Below are positions 16,823-20,000 of a stretch of 20,000 nucleotides of DNA, in pieces. The notes below the pieces were generated by a model. That model made no database searches, was not told the DNA's origin, and saw only the letters and a list, made by a program, of their open reading frames with translations. Location: assembly GCA_011620345.1 (NCBI GenBank), contig WOZJ01000057.1:215925-235924 (forward strand), written 5' to 3'. Position 1 is the first letter of the stretch. Each line of letters starts with the position of its first letter. The position numbers were made by a program, and so were the translations under genes. This DNA comes from Nitrospirota bacterium (GTDB taxonomy: Bacteria > UBA2233).

Positions 16823-18145
16823 ATGCCTGATGTTCGAGCCTTTCGAGGGTTGCTGTATTCGTCCGAAAGCCGTGATGTAACGCCTTTGGTTGCCCCTCCC
16901 TACGACGTTTTGGACGAGTCAAGGAGGGACGCATACCTACAAAAAAGCCCTTTCAACGTCGTTCATGCCGATCTTCCGCCCAAAAGGCCCGAGGATCAAA
17001 GCGAGCGGGATCGCTACGAGCGAGCCAAGCAAACCTACGAAGGTTGGCTAAAAGACAGAGCACTCGCCCCTTCGCCTAAAGAGGCGCTCTATCTTGCGGT
17101 GCAGACCTACAGCCTAGGAGGTGCGGCGTTGACCAGGGTCGGGGTTGTAGGCCTTGTCGACGCCCTTTCCCTACAGCAAGGCGGAATTCTACCGCACGAG
17201 CGGACGTTCGAAGGTCCAAAAAAAGATAGGCTTGAGCTTCTGCGTTCCCTCGAGGCACATCTGAGTCAAATATTTTTGCTATACCGAGGCGAGGGGGACC
17301 CAACCCTTGAACTATGGGAATCAATCGGGAAGGATGCCTACATCCGCGAAGCCCTCGATGCCGATGGAACGCTCCACCGCCTCTATCCGATCGAAAACCC
17401 TGAGGCGATCGGGCGTATTCGGGCGTTTCTTTCCAAAAAACGGATGTACGTTGCAGACGGGCATCATAGGCTCGAAACGGCGCTAACCTACGCAAAGGAA
17501 AGGATTGAAGCGGGGGCTCCCTTGGAAGGCGCTCATCGCTATACCCTTGCCTTCCTTTGCAATATGGATCAGCCGGGCTTGAAAATTCTTGGCTACCATA
17601 GGCTTTTAAAGCCTTCTTGTGGAGAAGGTATCGAAGAGAGGCTTACAAAAGCGGGATTCGCGCTCACCGAGGTGGATGAGGCGGTCACGCCCGAAGCTAT
17701 CGAAACGGCCCTTTTGGATTCCAAGCTCCGCTATGGGTTTTCATTCGGTCTGATCGAGAAGGACGCAAGCCGCTTGACGCTAAAGCTGGCAACGCTTCCC
17801 CATGAGCGCCATCGTGTCTTTAAAGAAGGTTTGACTCGAGAAGGGTTGGATGAAAGCGTGGCAAGCCTTGATGTTGCTCTCGTTGACCGGTACGTACTAG
17901 GGGAGATACTGAGGCTTGATGACACAACAAAGAAGGAGCACATCGTCTACGAGCCCGACCTTCGAAAGGTGATAGGCTTGATCGAGGATCAAACTCTCAA
18001 CGCCGGCATTTTGTTGAATCCACTCTCCCCTGAAGAAGTGATCCGCGTAAGTGAGGCTTCTCAAAAAATGCCCCAAAAATCAACATATTTCTACCCGAAA
18101 CTCTTGACCGGCCTCGTTGTTTACGACTTAAACAGAAGCTTTTAG
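16823..18145 (+). CDS. DUF1015 family protein
   Basis: Family motifs VRAFRG, APPYDV, ILPHERT, ADGHHR and MPQKSTYFYPKLLTGL. RBS GGGAG. Confidence 0.9.
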   Translation: MPDVRAFRGLLYSSESRDVTPLVAPPYDVLDESRRDAYLQKSPFNVVHADLPPKRPEDQSERDRYERAKQTYEGWLKDRALAPSPKEALYLAVQTYSLGGAALTRVGVVGLVDALSLQQGGILPHERTFEGPKKDRLELLRSLEAHLSQIFLLYRGEGDPTLELWESIGKDAYIREALDADGTLHRLYPIENPEAIGRIRAFLSKKRMYVADGHHRLETALTYAKERIEAGAPLEGAHRYTLAFLCNMDQPGLKILGYHRLLKPSCGEGIEERLTKAGFALTEVDEAVTPEAIETALLDSKLRYGFSFGLIEKDASRLTLKLATLPHERHRVFKEGLTREGLDESVASLDVALVDRYVLGEILRLDDTTKKEHIVYEPDLRKVIGLIEDQTLNAGILLNPLSPEEVIRVSEASQKMPQKSTYFYPKLLTGLVVYDLNRSF

Positions 18146-18193
18146 ACCAAAGCCTTCCTGGCTCCGAGCGCGAGCGAATATCAGGGTAGGGTT

Positions 18194-18202
18194 TGTGGAT
18201 AA
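18194..18202 (-). promoter_or_regulatory. Single consensus DnaA box
   Basis: TGTGGATAA on + is TTATCCACA on -. It is intergenic and about 30 bp upstream of a TATAAT. Confidence 0.35.
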
Positions 18203-18233
18203 AATTGGGGTATCGAGGGATTTTGGGGTAGGG

Positions 18234-18239
18234 TATAAT
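18234..18239 (+). promoter_or_regulatory. Candidate -10 element for the small ORF/nitrilase unit
   Basis: Perfect TATAAT 34 nt upstream of ATG 18274. No good -35. Confidence 0.5.
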
Positions 18240-18273
18240 GTAAGGGAAGGTTGGAGGTGCTAAAGGAGAGGCC

Positions 18274-18570
18274 ATGCTGGGCTCAAGCGGGCTTTACTCG
18301 AAGTTTCTAGCGGTGGTTGGAAAGCTTAAGGCTGCGCTATTGAAGTGCCTGCTTACCCCGTGGTTCTGGATATCTCAAAAGAAGAAGGTTCGATCTAGGA
18401 TGGGCTGGCATCCGTCACCGATTCAACTCAATGTTTTCCTGATTGAATCGAAGGAGCGGCGCCGGGGACTACGGCCGCTGGAGAGGGACGAATGGATCAA
18501 CGGGCTCGTGTCCGAAATAGAGGCTTATTTTACGAAGCGAAGCGAGGATGCACGAAAAGGGGAGGAATGA
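18274..18570 (+). CDS. Small hypothetical protein (98 aa)
   Basis: Strong RBS AAAGGAG, upstream TATAAT, fills the gap before the nitrilase and overlaps its start. No recognisable domain. Confidence 0.45.
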   Translation: MLGSSGLYSKFLAVVGKLKAALLKCLLTPWFWISQKKKVRSRMGWHPSPIQLNVFLIESKERRRGLRPLERDEWINGLVSEIEAYFTKRSEDARKGEE

Positions 18571-19408
18571 GCTGAATCGCTCGCGGCTTCGTGTCGGGCT
18601 TGTCCAGATGACGGCTGGACCGGACAAAGCGGAAAACTTTCGCAAAATCCGGCTGCTTGCCCAAAGGGCGAAAGAGGAAGGCGTTGAGCTTTTGGTTTTG
18701 CCCGAGGTATGCACATACCGGACATTTCCCAAAGAAGAGCTGCTTGGTGCGGAACCCTTTGAAGGTGAAACGAATGGGTTTTTCAGGCGGTTGGCAAGTC
18801 AGCTTGGGCTGGCCGTCCTTTCGGGCTCTTTTCTAGAACAGCCTGCCGATGATGCAGATCCCAGGGCGTACAACACGAGCGTTCTGCTCGATGACCACGG
18901 GGAAGTGGTGGGGTGCTACCGGAAAATTCACTTGTTTGACGTTCGCCTCCCAAATGGCCGGGAAATGTTCGAATCCAAGACGCGAAGACCAGGAGATAGG
19001 CCTGTGGTCCTCGAATGGGCAGGGATTAAGTTTGGCCTGAGCGTCTGTTACGATTTACGGTTCCCAGAGCTTTACAGGGCGCTCGTGTTGCAGGGTGCTC
19101 AAGTTATTTTTGCGCCTTCTTGCTTTACCATGCTTACGGGCAAGGACCATTGGGAGGTCCTTCTGAGGGCAAGGGCCGTGGAGAACCAGGTATTTGTGCT
19201 TGCCCCAAACCAGATAGGCGCTTTCGATGGGGTGGTTCCAGCTTACGGCAGAAGCCTCGTAGCCGACCCTTGGGGGAATGTCCTGGCTAAGGCACCGGAT
19301 CGCGAGACGCTAGTAACTGCCGCCTTAGAGCTCGACCTATTGGATGAGATCCGCTCGAAGATGCCTGTTTTGGGGCACATCCGGCTTGGGCCGACTCCTG
19401 GGCACTAG
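18548..19408 (+). CDS. Carbon-nitrogen hydrolase, Nit1/deaminated-glutathione-amidase-like
   Basis: Catalytic E-K-C triad in LPE, YRKIHLFDV and VCYDLRFPE. Also TGKDHWEVLLRARAVENQ and YGRSLVADPWG. Exact start is uncertain. Confidence 0.92.
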   Translation: MHEKGRNELNRSRLRVGLVQMTAGPDKAENFRKIRLLAQRAKEEGVELLVLPEVCTYRTFPKEELLGAEPFEGETNGFFRRLASQLGLAVLSGSFLEQPADDADPRAYNTSVLLDDHGEVVGCYRKIHLFDVRLPNGREMFESKTRRPGDRPVVLEWAGIKFGLSVCYDLRFPELYRALVLQGAQVIFAPSCFTMLTGKDHWEVLLRARAVENQVFVLAPNQIGAFDGVVPAYGRSLVADPWGNVLAKAPDRETLVTAALELDLLDEIRSKMPVLGHIRLGPTPGH

Positions 19409-19845
19409 TGAACGACCCAGACGCTGCAGTTTGCGTGGTGGACAACCCTGTCGGACACCGAGCCAAGGAGGTGGCTCCTTAGCCGCCTTCGCCCTCTAGA
19501 CCCGATGAAGATCATCTCGATGCCGTTCTCTTTGGCGAATGCAACGATTTCGTCCCCAGGGTTTCCAGAAAGCATACGCGTGTCAATTTCGGCAGGAAGC
19601 CCTGAGAGCAAAGCTTTTGCCTTCTTGAGCTGCTCTTGAATTCTTGCTCCTAGCACCTCGAAGTATTCTTTGCCAATCCCCACTTCTTGCGTAAAACCCA
19701 AAGGAAAGGTGCCCCCTGCTATGGGGAGAACGCTTACAAGCGTGACCTTTGGCGTCCGTGCCCTCGCTACGTAGTCCATGGCCGTCTTCAAGGCCTTTCT
19801 TGAATCTTCCGAACCGTCCAGGGCGACAAGAACATGTTGAATCAT
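19405..19845 (-). CDS. Universal stress protein (UspA family)
   Basis: HVLVALDGSEDS N-terminus, GNPGDEI and GSRG-x8-LGSVSDRVVHHANCSVWVV. Confidence 0.95.
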   Translation of the reverse strand: MIQHVLVALDGSEDSRKALKTAMDYVARARTPKVTLVSVLPIAGGTFPLGFTQEVGIGKEYFEVLGARIQEQLKKAKALLSGLPAEIDTRMLSGNPGDEIVAFAKENGIEMIFIGSRGRRRLRSHLLGSVSDRVVHHANCSVWVVH

Positions 19846-19863
19846 AACCCCGCCTTTTTTTGG

Positions 19864-20000
19864 TTAATGGGCCAAGAGCCCTGGTTTTTGTTCTGCCGTT
19901 CCCTTCTTGAGCAATGCCAGAAGGGGAAGCAGGCACAAAAATTCTACCGTAATCATCCAAAAGCAGTCGTTGAACGCCAGCATCGAAGACTGCTCAAGTA
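19864..20000 (-). CDS. C-terminal end of a DHA2 (EmrB/QacA-like) MFS efflux transporter, truncated by the window edge
   Basis: Not in the ORF track. Manual minus-strand translation gives LEQSSMLAFNDCFWMITVEFLCLLPLLALLKKGTAEQKPGLLAH*, matching the QxxMLAFND-TM-basic-AH terminus typical of EmrB-like proteins. Stop is 18 nt upstream of the usp start. Confidence 0.75.
   Translation of the reverse strand, partial: LEQSSMLAFNDCFWMITVEFLCLLPLLALLKKGTAEQKPGLLAH

Noticed and set aside
19583..19960. 125-aa minus-strand ORF overlapping usp
   Set aside because: It is out of frame with both the USP and the MFS tail, which already explain the region.
1..20000. CRISPR arrays, tRNA/rRNA, IS or phage genes, selenocysteine read-through, IRE-like loops for apo-AcnA
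   Set aside because: All intergenic gaps are under about 150 bp, with no spaced repeats or cloverleaf. There are no transposase or integrase motifs, TGA-terminated genes are full length, and I noticed no CAGTG-loop hairpin in the intergenic regions.

Overview
A compact, mostly housekeeping bacterial window of moderately high GC. In order, it holds: (1) the 3' part of a fused trehalose-6-phosphate synthase/phosphatase; (2) a complete SUF Fe-S assembly operon (Rrf2 regulator-sufC-sufB-sufD-sufS-sufU-sufT/DUF59) with a clear sigma70-type promoter and a candidate autoregulatory operator; (3) a convergent membrane-bound CHASE4-HAMP-PAS-PAS-GGDEF diguanylate cyclase; (4) an alpha/beta hydrolase-class I aminotransferase-hisC operon; (5) a convergent aconitase acnA; (6) an S58/P1 (DmpA/NylC-like) Ntn hydrolase plus a DUF1015 protein; (7) a small hypothetical ORF plus a Nit1-like carbon-nitrogen hydrolase; (8) on the minus strand, the C-terminus of a DHA2 (EmrB-like) MFS transporter followed by a universal stress protein. 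I saw no mobile element, CRISPR array, tRNA or rRNA, and no clearly new multi-gene system. The best leads are modest. They are a non-IscR ligand set in the SUF Rrf2 regulator with its candidate operator, an Ala-Thr-Thr instead of Asn-Thr-Thr autoprocessing site in the NylC-like hydrolase, its pairing with DUF1015, and a G-skewed intergenic region (18146-18273) with a canonical G-quadruplex motif, a perfect DnaA box and a TATAAT.
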